A stretch of 63,356 nucleotides of DNA, counting the filler, from Welwitschia mirabilis (Eukaryota), in NCBI GenBank assembly GCA_051453625.1. It is 5 parts of one record of this genome, joined end to end, with 100 filler letters (N's around TTAATTAATTAA, not from the genome) between each part and the next. Parts side by side here need not be neighbours in the genome. Positions count along the whole stretch, not along the records: positions 1 to 10,868 come from JBOZIK010000001.1; positions 10,969 to 24,013 come from JBOZIK010000001.1; 3 more parts are not named here. The stretch is one strand, 5' to 3'. Shown here piece after piece: positions 1 through 14,596 of the stretch. Made by a program: the position numbers and the translations under genes. The notes under the pieces were generated by a model. It made no database searches, was not told where the DNA came from, and saw only the letters and a list, made by a program, of their open reading frames with translations. Positions within the stretch are counted from its first letter, which is position 1. Each line of letters starts with the position of its first letter.

Positions 1-650
1 TTCTCATGCTCATTTTAATATAACACCCAATCTTTAGGACATGTATGTATTTTATTATATTTCATACCTGGGGAAGTAAGTGTCCTTTTAAATTGATCAT
101 AATAACTTGAAATTGTATTACCTTCTGGAAAAGAGTCATGTAAGAGATTAAGCAACATTAAACATGTTTAATTTGATCATCTACCCATTTCTTTAATGGT
201 AAGTAATTTGATAATCATAGAAATCTTTATATATTTTGTGCAACTAGGATACAATGGATTCATACTTTCTTTGATTAACCTATCATATTCTAATTTTTTA
301 CATGACCACTAAAGTTATCAGAATTTTAGAAATTCATGGTATTTTTTGCTTCATGTAATTGCTCCCCATCATTAAAGAAAATAAAGGCTTCTTTCACTAT
401 GAAAACAGGATTATCTTGTATTATATTTTTGCCACTACATTTGTCATAGTGTTCTTCCGATGTTTTCCCATGCATAATCCACTTTATGTATGTAAGATTC
501 ATGCCTTTGCACAAAATATGCTCAAAAACAATATTTGATTGTCAATAACAAGTGTTGTAGCATTTTACACATGGATAAAATATGCCTTGAGAACTGAAAG
601 AATTGTTAGTTGCAAAATCTATGAACTTATTTACACCATTCTCATACTTC
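1..650 (-). pseudogene. CACTA (En/Spm) TnpD-type transposase, N-terminal part, degenerate
   Basis: Minus-strand translation KYENGVNKFIDFA...YPCVKCYN...VFEHILCKGMNLTYIKWIMHG (transposase-associated domain), then PLYPSCTK...LLNLLHDSFPEGN...GMKYNKIHTCPKDWVLY. Contains internal stops and runs off the window edge. Confidence 0.85.
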
Positions 651-3600
651 TTACATATCTTTCACATATTAATATTAGATAAATAAGTACATAATATTTT
701 TGAAGTTATAGGAATAATTTTAAATGTAATTGAATATGTAATACATATTTATAAATATCCAACTCTTGTCCCTTGCATAAATGGATTTATTAAATGACGA
801 TGATGGATATGATGATATCATTAGATGTATTCTTATAATAGTCTCCACACAAGTTAAATTATCATAGATGAACATAACAAATGCATCCTTTATTACAACT
901 CAATAAAGACATTAAGGGGAAAGAGAAGAAGCCATTATGGTTATATAAGAATCCAAACAACATAATGGAAATATAGACATTTCAAATGATAAATAATCAT
1001 AGATAGTATTAATTTAGGATTAGTATCATGTATAAATCTGAATGGAAACTAATAAAGAAAGTTCCCTATTGATTGATAGATTAGACTACTCTAGCATAGT
1101 ACTTAACTAACATCCATTAAAGATTTATATTCCAAGGAGATACAAATATGTTAATCTTTTTCATATAGTATATGTTAGGCTTGTTCAACATCTTGGGTCA
1201 TTGGTATTTGAGCTATATAAGTATTGCATCAAAGGAAGGACCATTATTATTAATATTTATATGTATGATTAATACTTTTTATATAGTAAGTGATTAGACA
1301 TTATAGATTCAATGCCAAGCCAAGTTTGACTATGAAAAACTATCAATTACAACCATGGTAAGGTTGAGGGGAGCTAATTTTGATATAGTTATATTTGCTA
1401 CTGATGGAGAATGCACATACTAGAGAAAATTAGAAGAATTATAGGACTTAGCCTTGGATGCCTTAAAATGATTGGCAGACAACAGTGCAGCTAGTGTATA
1501 GAACATTAATAGTAAACAAGATAACAGTCAAAAGAAAGAACCATAATCCCTAACTAATTCATTTTAAAAAGATTATAAATTTTTTTATGAATTCAAAGTA
1601 CTATCCTATATTCCATGACATTAGCAACTACTCTCTTCTAACATTAGTAAGCACTCTCTTCTGATTGCATATGTTTCTGCCTAAATGTTACATAGGTAAA
1701 CTAAATTTCCATTAGCTACTTTTCTATTTTAGTATTCTTATTCAATTTAAAGAGAAGGGGGAAAAAATAATAGATTTTGTCATAGCTATGTTTCAAATCT
1801 GATAATTGCATTTCTATTACCTACATGCTCTTATCTCATGAAAATATTTTTTAAAAAAAAAAGTAAAAATATTTGCACTTAGGATTTGAAAGAAATAGAA
1901 TGTTTGAAAGTAATAAAAATAGTTATGCAATAGAATGCATAACATTTGAATGCTTCCATGCTTCAAAAATTAAGCATTATACATTCATTTTTCAGCATTG
2001 ATATTACACTCCTTTTTCCATTAGTACATTATAATTTTTTTACGAAATAGCCAAAAATGTAAGGTGGCATATTATCCATGAAGTTACACTTTACAATATT
2101 CATGATATTCTTCTTTTGCTATCTCATGTCATGATAGGATTTAAAAAAAAAGCTTTTAACATTTGGTAAATACACCAAAACATCAATGATGAAAACATAA
2201 ATCAATTCATCAAAAATTAGACACTAGAATTTTATGTCCATGTTAGCCTCCCATTTGAATGAATGCAGATGACATCTATGCATCCCATTTAATGGATCTA
2301 ATAAGTGATCTCATTACATAAATCATGTAGTCTGAAAGATAACCTATCCACTCACCTTCAATTCACATAATGTGGATGCATAAACGTGTTAGTTTTGTTA
2401 CTTTTAAGCACTGTTTATCTCCAAATGCTTGACAACACCCACGATTAAGACACCGACACATTGGCTTGATTGGCTAGAATAGATGTTGAATCAAGCATCT
2501 TTTTCCACAAATCCAATTTTGAGGAGAACCCACTCTGTAACCTCTTTATTAATTCTATTACCATGAAAAAAGCTCTTCATACTTGAATCCATTACTAGAA
2601 ATCTTTTTATTAATGGTGATTTAAGAGAATCTTTGGATGTTCAGAAATAGAAATATTGCCTTGGGCATTTTACTACCTGTAAATCTCAATGTAATAATCT
2701 TAATGCTATTTAATTGAACCATGGAGTCAATAGATATAAGCATTTCATAGCCAAGAAAATTAGAGTTAATAACAAAATAAGAAAACTATTTGAGGTTACC
2801 ATCAAAGCTTTAAATTTTTTTAGCACAAGAAGCTCAAACCCCTTAATAGTGAGATTACTCCTTATGAAAATCAATCATAATTCAAATCTACTTTTGTTAT
2901 TAGCAAATAAATGGAAGGGTGTTTCTGAACCTTTCTTGCATTCGCAAGGACACTGTTGAGAACTAGTTTTTACTTTCTCTTCGTTCTCTTAAATCTAAGT
3001 TGCTAAATGAATACAAAGGTAGCATGAAGAGTGTATTATTGCCATATCAATAAGAGTCTTAAATGAATCAGAAGAACCCTTCATCTTCCACCTTAGTATT
3101 TCACTATAAACAATGGCATTTGATATCAGATATCTCATTTTTTGAGATGTATAATTGATATCCTCTATAGGTTTAATGTGTAAAACTGAATTAGGAGAAG
3201 GTGCGTAGTCGTGAATGTTAGAGGTCCTAACAACTACTAGAATGGCACCTGTAATAAGTGAATATTAAAAAATTCTCTATAACATAGTCTTTTTTATTAG
3301 AATTTTTAAAGGCAAGGCTAATGTTGTAGTGTTTCAAGGTTTCCACTTTTTTCTCTCTGCCATCTTGATTTCGATGGCATGTGCCATAAGAATCAACTAG
3401 AACATTTATTTGTTGTAGCTTCTCAAGTGCTTGTAAATGAAAATTATGATATTCTTAATTATTTTTCATTATTTTTACTAAGGTTGTCATTTCTTTATTT
3501 TTATTACTCCATATTCATATCCCTCATTAGTCTAACCTCTAGCACAATAACACATAATTCCTAGCTCCTAACACCAACTAACTCCTATTGTCATAACCAC

Positions 3601-5201
3601 CTAGCTCTTGGTACTTATCCACTTATCTAGAATTTGATACATATTTCCATGTCTATCTTGTGATATACAATAATATTAACCATCATCCCAATCATATCAA
3701 AACAACTTATGCTGAGTCATGCCTTTATTAAGGCTAGAATACATGTATATATGAGTTTTTTATGAATAATCATGATTATTTAATAACAAGAAATATTATT
3801 ACACATACTAGAGCCTTATATAAACTCTAATTTTTTATTTCATTAGGATCAAATCTGATTGGTTTAGACTAGATTTAGGTAATCTTATAATCAGTTTAAA
3901 GTTCTCAAAAATCTTGATGTATGATTTTAATTAATGCAAGGTAAGTTTTCCTAAATAATTAATGTTATAGTTCACTTAAACTTGTTTTCACAATCTACAA
4001 TTTACCTAAACAAAAGATTAGTCTATCTTAAAATATCTAATCTAATTCCTTAACACTAACAAGGAGTGATAAGTAACCATTTTTTATTTTTTATATGCAT
4101 TCAGTGTATAAAGAACTTATAGAATGTGGTTTAACTAAGTTTTTGTCAAGTTAATGTCTGGATGGTTGACAAAGAGGGAGTTCATTATTACTACTCTTAA
4201 ATGATGTTGGGTGTTAGTTTTGAAGAATGCATTAGGGGGTTTTTTATCTAAGCATTCTATTGAGTTTTTTTTTTTTCTTTTGAATTGGCATGAATAAGAA
4301 TGATAGTGGCTACACCCCTCTTTTTTTTTAAATTATTAAACAAATGCCTTTACATGGTGGAAATCTTTAAAATTAGGACCTTAACATCTTCAATTCCAAA
4401 ATAAATCACCCTTCAATAGAATTAGTTAGCATTATAAATCTTTGTTTTTTAGGCTTAAAAATGGTGTAGCCACATCAAAGAGTATGAAAGTATAAATGTT
4501 TTCAGATTTCTTTGTCAAGTANNNNNNNNNNCAAAATTAGTTATTTATGTTGCCTCCTTTGGATAATGTCCCATGTCAATAGGATTATTGGATGTCTGAC
4601 ATACCTAAAAAGATAGCTAAATTGATATGGGCTTATTACTTTTAAGCATATCCAAGAAAGTTGTAAGTTACCGCTAAAGGGAAAACTTGAGAACTATGTG
4701 AGTTTCTAATACACTTGACACCTCCTCTTCTGATAAGATGTCTTCTTGTTACTCTTCACTTTAATTTAGAATGAGGAAGGGTGCTGGGATTATTAATCTA
4801 GTAGAAGAATAATGGTAGGCTATAATATTAGCAAGACCAAAGTGGAGGATAAAACAACTATAAAAAATGAAAACATAAGCATCACATCAAAACTTTCATC
4901 CTAGTAATCTTTGATTTCATCACATGCCTTCTAAGAGTATTCAAAACTTTAGAACAATATAGAGATAAAATAAAAATTTGCAGAGAGTATTCAAAACTTC
5001 AAATCAGTATAGAGATAAAAAATCATAGAAAGGAGATACAGACAAAAAGATCAATTTAGTAAAATCCGCTATAGAGCAACCAAAATTCCTTTATCACTTA
5101 CTAATCCTACATTGTTTTACTTATGATTTTTTAGGCCTTTGAGAGAAAAAAGTACTGCTATCTCTAATATCGTGCTTAACCAATCTTTCCTTCTCATGCA
5201 T

Positions 5202-6554
5202 TATTGTGATGTCAATTTCTAGGAATTTAATGATGTATTTGAAGTACTCTTGCAAGACATTTATATAGGTTTGATTGCAATTCTGCTAATTATGGAGAGT
5301 CAATAGGATGATTATAGAAACACAGAATTCTTGGCATAATTAGAGGTATTTCAAGCATGTTCTAAGACTTATCATGTTGAAGAAGACTAATGATGAAGAA
5401 GGCCAATTTACTTTACCTAAGGAGATTTGGAAGGGTTCCATTCTCACTATCATTCCCATGACAGAGGGGATAATAGTACTATATTTACCCATTACAATAA
5501 TGATTTGAACTAGAGCTTGAAGTTAGCAAAGTAGCCTTTTAGGAGAGGTGCCATCCACATTGTCATCCCCATGACATAAGGAATGATGACACATATAGAT
5601 CCAACTATGGAGCCAATTGTGGAGTTGGAAGAATATTAATTATTTATTGTTAAGAGGCATCATCCCCAGTGTTATTTCCACGATAGTCAGGATGACAACT
5701 TTTTTATATAAGTGGGGCTAAATTATCTTGTAATGGGGTCATGCACCCCACTTAGGCTGCTAGGGTTTTCTCTCTAACTTTTAGGGTTATGATTCTAAAA
5801 CTTTAAATGTAAAACTATAAATATCCCTTGACCTCACTTTAGAATCATCTTTTGTACTTGATATGCTTGTGATGGAAGATTGAAGGATAGGAGATCTATT
5901 TAGAGCTACAGAAAGGATTTTCCTTGGTGTTAGGCTAAGTTTCTTCTATTGAGGTGTTGTATTCTATTTGTAAGTGGATAGTGTTCTTAAATAATCTTTT
6001 GAATCAATACAATCATTATTTCATTTCCATTCTGTATGTTCCTTATGGTTTACATTAATAATGGTTTAATGACAACTCTATGATTTATCTAGATCATAAG
6101 GGCAATCTTTATTAAGGTTAACCTTGGTTAATAATAGATTTGCATTACTTTTCCATTCATTTTCATATTGCAATCCTTATTTTACTTGGCAGATCTCATA
6201 GTTTATGTTGGTTAAGAATTAGTTGAATGCTCTTCCTAATTGATATAAGTTATAGAGAGGATAGTCCTTGTGATAGAAGGATTAGGAATTAAGAGATTTC
6301 ATTATATTTCCACTTGCATTTCATCTCCATTTATCTTGCATTATATTTATTTGTTTATTTACTTTCACTTAGTAAAAGGCAAAAGACTAAAAATACCTTT
6401 GAAAGTAAATTTCCTAACTCTAAGCCTAATGCCTTTGTTAATATTACAACATTGGGGTGAACTCCCTCTATACTAGTATGTTTTTTTATGTAAGTTATTT
6501 GATTTATAGGTTTACCAAAAAAGCTTAAAGATTGCATAAATTCACACTACAACA
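5202..6554 (+). repeat. LTR A (5')
   Basis: Starts TATTGTGATG (TG decayed to TA), ends ...CTACAACA, followed by a decayed PBS ttttagtgtcattgccga. Aligns end to end with 21048-22391. Confidence 0.85.
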
Positions 6555-7239
6555 TTTTAGTGTCATTGCCGAGAAAGGCCACAAGAAGCTAAGATAATTA
6601 TCACTGACCATATAAGTACCTTGAATCTTCTTTTCAAGTTATTTATTTGAATTAGTGCTATATTTTTAGCTTAGTTTAAAGTAGATTTATTTCCATAATT
6701 TTTGTTTTCTATAGTTTTTAAAAACCCTGTCATTCTTTGTGTCGTGCCATTAACATTGGAAATGATAGTTCTGAAATTTCGAATTTATTTTCTATTTTTG
6801 CGATTTTTTCTACTCACAGTTCAGTAAAAAAGGCACTGTCATCCACACGGCATTCTAGATGACAGTCTCACTTTTTGAGTTTCGGTAATCTTTTTTTCTG
6901 ATTTTTGAGTTTTATTTTTTATGTAATCGTCGTCTCCCCTATCATCCCCACAACAAGGTGGATGACAGGCTCTTGTTCTTTATTTTGATTTTCTATTTGT
7001 GGTTTGTGCATATAGGGACATCGTGAATTCTAGTAGAAAGATGAAATATTAAAGGAAGTAGAACTTGATTAAAGAAAAGTATTAGTACAAGATCAACTTT
7101 AAACAAAATCCAGGTATGCACATCACATGTACGTAAGTTCTAAGGATTTTTTTCTCTTATTAAAGAATCAGATTTTCCTTTCTTTTTATAGTCATTCTAT
7201 TAGTTGTTTTCACAATAATTAGAGTAATCATGATTTCAC

Positions 7240-8640
7240 ATCTTTTGAGTGTTAAAGAATTCATAATTTTGATAAAACAATGACACATTAAGGAGAATAG
7301 AACTTGATCTTCATTGTGTACTTATATTCCTTACCATCTTGAATTAAATTGTCTTGTTCCATTCTTTTTACTTACTTTAATGAATAGTAATAGAAGAACC
7401 GTTGCGGAACTTCTTTCTAAAAGGAGAAGAAATTCATAAAATGCTGAGGATAATAATAAGAAAACACTTTAAGAGATATTTGTAGAAATAAGGAGAAACA
7501 TCAAATATTCTAAGGTTTATAATGATTAAATACTTCAAGAAGTTTTTCCAAGAAGGAGAACAATACGAAATGCTATTGAGAGTAGGAATTGAGCCACTTC
7601 CTCTTTTTAATCTTCTTATTCTTTCCCCTCTTCTTTTCAAATCTTATATACAAATGATGAAAATTTTCCATATTTTAGGGATTCCACCTCATTAAAAGAA
7701 ACTTTTTATAATCCTTTTATTAATCCCAATCATCTTCTAAGCATCACTATGAAGAAGAACCATCTTCTATGACTCACTATGAGGAAGAAAAAGATCCATT
7801 AAGAGAAATGATTAACGAAATAAAGAAGAACCAAGAAAATACCAATAAGAACTTATAAAAATTAGTTAACATCTTGCAATAATCATTATTACATATTTAA
7901 GGATGTTTTACAACTCTACATCCTCTCAACTATCCTACTTCACCCTACCTTGAGGAAAATGAAGAAAACTTAGAAATAAATGATGATGATTCTTTCTTTT
8001 TTGAAAATGAAATTATGGATCAAAATTCAACATCCTACTCATTAGGAGATAAGCAAAAGAGAGAAAATAATAACACAACTCAATATTTCAACAATTGTGA
8101 TGAGGATGACCATCTATTAGATGATGATATTGAGATATTAGATTATATCCCTACCATCCATTTACTATTAGAAAATCAAGATGAGGAATCTAATCATGAG
8201 AAAATTTAAAACTTTTCAATCAATGATGAAGATTATGAGCTTATTTCTCTTGATAATCTTTTCAATCAATCTAATAAATCATAAAATGAAAGTCATATTT
8301 AACATGAAAAGGGAAATATAGTCACCAATAATAATGAGAAAAGTAAAGCAACAACCCAACAAAATAATGATAGAGACAATCATGAAAAAACTGATTATAA
8401 TAAAGGACCCCTAGAGATTTATTCAAATTTCATATAAGATAAACTTGATCTTTCTGCCAATACTTCTACCTCCTTTCCACTTATGCATCTATGTACAAAT
8501 TCAAATCACTTCATTTCTTTCACTTCTACTTCCTCTTTCACATTACCTTATGATCTTAATAATGATAATCTTTTTCCATCTCTTCTAATTACACCTTCAT
8601 ATAATTTTCAAGGCCATGTTCCTTATCTTGACTCTTATAA
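7240..8640 (+). pseudogene. Degenerate gag-like ORF of the non-autonomous element (second copy ~23080-24013)
   Basis: Decayed knuckle-like LCTYIPYHLELNC, and DPLREMINEIKKNQENTNKN..KLVNILQ, similar to DPLRTSIDELRKSQENTNSNIENLVNVL in the gag region at ~57810. Many stops. Confidence 0.55.
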
Positions 8641-9872
8641 CATCCATCNNNNNNNNNNNNNNNNNNNNNNNNNNNNNNNNNNNNNNNNNNNNNNNNNNNN
8701 NNNNNNNNNNNNNNNNNNNNNNNNNNNNNNNNNNNNNNNNNNNNNNNNNNNNNNNNNNNNNNNNNNNNNNNNNNNNNNNNNNNNNNNNNNNNNNNNNNNN
8801 NNNNNNNNNNNNNNNNNNNNNNNNNNNNNNNNNNNNNNNNNNNNNNNNNNNNNNNNNNNNNNNNNNNNNNNNNNNNNNNNNNNNNNNNNNNNNNNNNNNN
8901 NNNNNNNNNNNNNNNNNNNNNNNNNNNNNNNNNNNNNNNNNNNNNNNNNNNNNNNNNNNNNNNNNNNNNNNNNNNNNNNNNNNNNNNNNNNNNNNNNNNN
9001 NNNNNNNNNNNNNNNNNNNNNNNNNNNNNNNNNNNNNNNNNNNNNNNNNNNNNNNNNNNNNNNNNNNNNNNNNNNNNNNNNNNNNNNNNNNNNNNNNNNN
9101 NNNNNNNNNNNNNNNNNNNNNNNNNNNNNNNNNNNNNNNNNNNNNNNNNNNNNNNNNNNNNNNNNNNNNNNNNNNNNNNNNNNNNNNNNNNNNNNNNNNN
9201 NNNNNNNNNNNNNNNNNNNNNNNNNNNNNNNNNNNNNNNNNNNNNNNNNNNNNNNNNNNNNNNNNNNNNNNNNNNNNNNNNNNNNNNNNNNNNNNNNNNN
9301 NNNNNNNNNNNNNNNNNNNNNNNNNNNNNNNNNNNNNNNNNNNNNNNNNNNNNNNNNNNNNNNNNNNNNNNNNNNNNNNNNNNNNNNNNNNNNNNNNNNN
9401 NNNNNNNNNNNNNNNNNNNNNNNNNNNNNNNNNNNNNNNNNNNNNNNNNNNNNNNNNNNNNNNNNNNNNNNNNNNNNNNNNNNNNNNNNNNNNNNNNNNN
9501 NNNNNNNNNNNNNNNNNNNNNNNNNNNNNNNNNNNNNNNNNNNNNNNNNNNNNNNNNNNNNNNNNNNNNNNNNNNNNNNNNNNNNNNNNNNNNNNNNNNN
9601 NNNNNNNNNNNNNNNNNNNNNNNNNNNNNNNNNNNNTCTATCTGGTTTGGCCCTTATTTTTCTGAAAAATACAATACCCAAGTGTAATTTTTACATAACT
9701 AGTTGAACTTTCAATGATTAGGTCCTTATCTTTTAGAAAAAGTACATCTTTAAATGGCTCTGTTAAAACTTTCAACCTAAACACTTGGAAAAATTAGAAG
9801 TTAATGGATAAAAATTTAAACATCATTGAAATATCTATTAATTAACTTTAGATATGATAGTGGCACTTATGT

Positions 9873-11970
9873 GAAAATTTTACTTCTACCATTATCTAAA
9901 TTCTTTCTTAGCTTATTCTTTTGGTAAATGCCATACTATCACTTGAACATCTTTTAATTGACTAATGTTTTACTTTATAAAGTTATCATTATCATAAATA
10001 TATTACTTGAGCATTTTAAATGATAAGATTATCTTTATCCAATCTTCAGACATTTGTATCTCTATGAACTTCATTTTAAAGAAAGATGTATTGGTTCTTT
10101 TGTTTTCTTTCAATGATGTGAACTAATTAATTATTTTGGCATGTTCTTCTTTATTATTTATTTCCTTACTTTACTTTTGTCCTTATGAGTATTTGATCAT
10201 GTGGAATTTCTTGATTTAGGAAAAAAAGAAAAGAAAAGAAAATAAGGTCATGCTCTTTCATGTTATATCTTAAAACGTGGCCCTTATGATGTTCTACCGC
10301 AAGTGCACAAAGGCAAATATTCCTGAGAAGGGCCTTTGGCAGTGCGATTTGATTACTGTGGGAACTTCAATGAAGGGTTAGTTGATCATGTTGTGTGGGT
10401 TCTTACTCCTCTAATAGTGGTTGCACTCCCCTCATCATGGTATAATAAAATTACATTTATAGGTTATGAGATCAGTGATGTCCCTGGTATCATTAGAGGC
10501 ATTGCTTATTTTCTAGACTCATTTTATTTACTTATTAATAATACTTCCACATGATCAATTTACTATTTTGGATTCTAGTATTTTTTTGTGATGATAGCTT
10601 ATAAGTTCTTGTTTTAATAGCTTTTTATCTTATCATTCATTGTTTGATAACATTATACATACTTGACATTATCATAATCATTACCTATTTAAGTGGAACT
10701 TTATAAATTTTTACATTATGTCATGCATTTTTATCAGGTGATTTTATGATTTCTTCCAAAGGACTTTACTAGGGTGGAATCTAAGGAATCTTCTTCATGT
10801 TCCTGATTATCTATTTTTAGTATTTTTTTTCTAGTTGTTTTGTTTGGGATTTTCAAAATCATTATATTNNNNNNNNNNNNNNNNNNNNNNNNNNNNNNNN
10901 NNNNNNNNNNNNTTAATTAATTAANNNNNNNNNNNNNNNNNNNNNNNNNNNNNNNNNNNNNNNNNNNNTAAAATTTTCTCTTCTGCCATTATCTAAATTC
11001 TTCCTTAGCCTATTCTTTGGTAAACATCATGTTATCACTTGAACATCTTTTACTTGAATAATGTCTTACTTTATAAAGTTACCATGATTTATAAATAGTT
11101 TACTTGGGCATTTTAAATGATAAGATTGGCTTCATCTAATCTTTAGACATTCGTATGTCTATGAACTTTATTTTGAATGAAGATTCCTTGGTTCTTTTAT
11201 TTTCTTTTAATGATGTGAACTAATTATTTGTTTTAGCATGTTCTTCTTTGTTATTTATCTCCTCACTTTACTTTTATCCTTATGATTATTTGGTCATGTG
11301 GAATTTCTTTATTAACCAAAAAAGAAAAGAAAAGAAAAGAAAAGAAGGTCATGCTCTTTTATATTATATCTTAAAACATGACCCCTATGATGTTCTACTG
11401 CAAGTGCACTGGGGCAAATATTCCCAAGAGGGGCCTTTGACAGTGTGATATGGTAGCTATAAGAACTCCACTGAGGATCAATTAGCTATGTTATGCAGTT
11501 CCTTACTTCTTTGACAGTAGTTGCACTCCCCTTATCATAGTAGAATAAAATTACATTTAGAGGCTATGAGATCAGTGATGTCCCTGGTATCATCAGAGGC
11601 ATTGCTTATTTCCTAGAATCATTTTATTTACTTATTCATAATACTTTCATATAATCACTTTACTTTTTTGGATTCTAGTGATGTTTTGAGATGATAGCTT
11701 GTAAGTTCCTATTTTGATAGCTTTTTATATTGTCATTCATTGTTTGATAACATTAGACATACTTGACATCGTCATAATCATTACCTATTTGAGTGGAACT
11801 TTATGCATTTTTACATTATGTTATGCATTTTTATCAGGTGATTTTATAATTTTTTCCGAGGGAGTTTGCTAAGGTAGAATTCTGGGTAGGTAAGAAATCT
11901 TCATCATGTTTCTCATTGTCCATTTTCAGTATGTTTTTCCCTAGTCATTTTGTTTGGGATTTCCAATGTC
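9873..11970 (+). repeat. Diverged direct duplication of retroelement internal sequence either side of a contig join
   Basis: 9873-10868 aligns with 10969-~11970 with frequent substitutions. Confidence 0.85.
10869..10968. other. Artificial 100-bp scaffolding linker N44-TTAATTAATTAA-N44 (also 24014-24113, 34283-34382, 58440-58539)
   Basis: Identical six-frame-stop 12-mer centred in Ns at four places. Confidence 0.95.
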
Positions 11971-14596
11971 ATTACAGTATCTTTTTCCACATTATAATTA
12001 GGACCCAATCATTTGATAGCTCTCTAATTGTCTTTTTATTTTCACTTCTATTTTTTTATAAGAGTTGTTTTTCCTTTTAAGAACTTTATTTTTATGCCTT
12101 GCTTTTACTTTGATTGATGTGTTCCTTTTGTTCTATGCTAATGTTTTTCTGTTTATTTTTTTAGTTTTGCATACATCCACTTACTGATCTTTAATCCTCA
12201 TAGAGTTTAGAATACATTTGTGGAATACTTTTGAGTCTTGCTTTCTTATACTTAATGCATTCTTATGTCTCATAAGACTCTTTCACCATGGTCATGTTTT
12301 TTTTGGATATTTCTTCCAATACAAGAAATAGAGGCTTGTAAGGCATTTATTTAAATAAACGCCTTAATTAAACGGCTCAAATGAGAATTTTAAATCGGGC
12401 TGGTCGTTTAGGGCGATTAAAGAAACAAATGCCTTAAAAGGTGCCCTAAAAGTAAAAAAACAGCCACTCGTGCTGCTAAAAGCAAAATATTTCGAGTTCT
12501 ACCCGCCCGCCCCCTTACCCCCTTTTGTTTAATTCGGTGGACTTTCCTTTTCATATTTCTTCCCGCGTGAAAGCATCAATGACAGGCGTAGATCGAAATT
12601 CTTCAGCTCCTCAAGTTTTTAATGTAGAAAATGCTTTGAAAGATTAGGCACAAGTTCGATTTTATATTGGAATGATGTTCGTTTCAGCAAAAATGTTTCT
12701 CAATTCAGATTTTCAATAGTTAGGGTTTGTGTTATTTATCGAACAATTCTTCTAATTAATGCGAGAGAAGGGAGCAAAGAACAAAGTAATTTAATTTTTT
12801 AATATAGTCATGGGATTGAGAAAACTCTTGTTTAAAATCCTTTTTGGCTTCTCCATTTGTCCTGAAATCTTCCTCTAATCCCTGTAAATTCTTTTCTGCT
12901 TTCAGAAGCCTTGTTTTCACTACTTTGTATCTTTGGATTGATTCCAAAAGAAGAAAATGGAAATAAGAAACTATGAAGATTGAAAGATTGGAGATAGAAC
13001 TTATGAAAAGGTTTATAAGTGCAAGGACAGAACTACTGAGAAAGGAGTGCCTCCTACTACTCTTTGCAAGATTTCACTTCTTCAGTTGATTTCTAACTCT
13101 ATTTATGTCATCTAGTATGTTATTTTATTTGATGATCTTCAAAACTGCGACGCAAATCTTGAAAACTGTCCATGAGTTTATTTCTTTGCCTTGGTCATGC
13201 ACGGGATGTATGCACTTAAGTTGCGCTTTTTTTTGGTGAGTTTGGACACCTAACTAGAAGCTTGAACAAGTGTTTTCACCTACTTTGCATTTGCATCTTT
13301 AACTTAGCGTTGTCATCATTACCATTACAATGCAAACAGAAATGCGAAACGCGAATGAAAAACAACAAGGAATTGATGTTTTTGATGTTTTGGATATTAA
13401 AAAAGGGTAAGAAATATTGTAGGCAGATTGTAGAAGACTCCGAAGAGTTTCTTCGGCTTGCTAGGTGCTACCCAGATTAATCCCCATAAGCCTCTGGAGA
13501 AAGAACAGAGGAATCTCATTCTCGAGTTTAATAAGATCTCATACAATGGCATCATCACATGCCCTCGACGTTGGTTGGTCATTTTTGGCTTATTCAGAAA
13601 TATTTCTCTCAATTTCACTTGAGAAGGCTGTAGTGTGAAAGTAGAATATGAAGACTGAGGATTGATAACCCACTAGCAATGCCTACCCTCTAATCATAGT
13701 TAGCTGATACGCTGAACTCGACAAGGCTGGGCTATGCTTTATGCCCTAAAGCATCCTCTACTTTCTGATTGGGAAAAGAGTCTAAGACAGCACTGCGCCA
13801 TCATCATCAGCCTATGATTATTCCTATTACTATTTTTATTAGTATTTGAGGAGGACTTTCTCTAGAATGGATGTGTGCTCTGAAATCACTTGGCTGCTGA
13901 AGCTAGCTCAAGAGTATCATTATCATTTGACATCGCCTCTCTGAAAAATGGTCTTTTTGCAGAATCAATTAAAATGCGTGATTAATGTTAATATCCTCTC
14001 CTTCAATGCTGACTTTAGATACCCCAGATCCTGATTGCTATTTTTGGTGCTGATTTTTGGTACATTTGAATGGCATTTGCATAATAAGGAAAATATTGAT
14101 TAACTTAATAATTATTGGTTCAACATTCGCCTCTGTTTTCTTTAATCCATCTTCTGTTTTAGCTCATCCTTTGATCCAAAGGCATGTCTTAGGCCCAAAA
14201 TCCACTTGGCCAAACCTAAACAGTGTCCAGGCCTTACCTATGTGATCAAAGAATGCTTTTGTTTCTCTAGAGTTCTTCGATCCAAAGAATATGTCTTCTT
14301 TATTTTTTAATTTTTTCGAATAAATCATCTTTGCAATAAATTTCTATTGTTTTTCAAATCTTTTGGGAGAAATAATGTTTGTTATTTGGGTTTCTTGAAA
14401 TGATATCATTTATTTTTGCATTGGTATGGATCTTGAAAATTGGTTTAACTTTTTACCCCTTCTTCTTATTAAAATTTGAGATTAAAATATAGAAGGAAAC
14501 ATCTTCACCATATGCTCTTTATTTCATTGAATAAACACATCTATTTTTGAGGTCTTGAAATATTGTATTTTTTAGTATTCAGTTAATTGGAGGGAG

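Noticed and set aside
2330-3000. Cys-rich minus-strand exon-like pieces (CRCLNRGC, CPCECK)
   Set aside because: No consistent frame or family assignment.
4306-4473. Short inverted repeat gtggctacacc...ggtgtagccac
   Set aside because: Only ~11 bp and no convincing TSD.
8483-9706. Long ORFs spanning N runs (this one and all X-filled ORFs)
   Set aside because: Open only because gaps contain no stop codons.
10913-10924. TTAATTAATTAA palindrome recurring four times
   Set aside because: Always centred in 44+44 Ns; a synthetic scaffolding linker.
13423-13700. Exon-like QIVEDSEEFLRLARCYPD segment
   Set aside because: Looks host-derived, but I cannot name the family; kept only as unassigned cargo.
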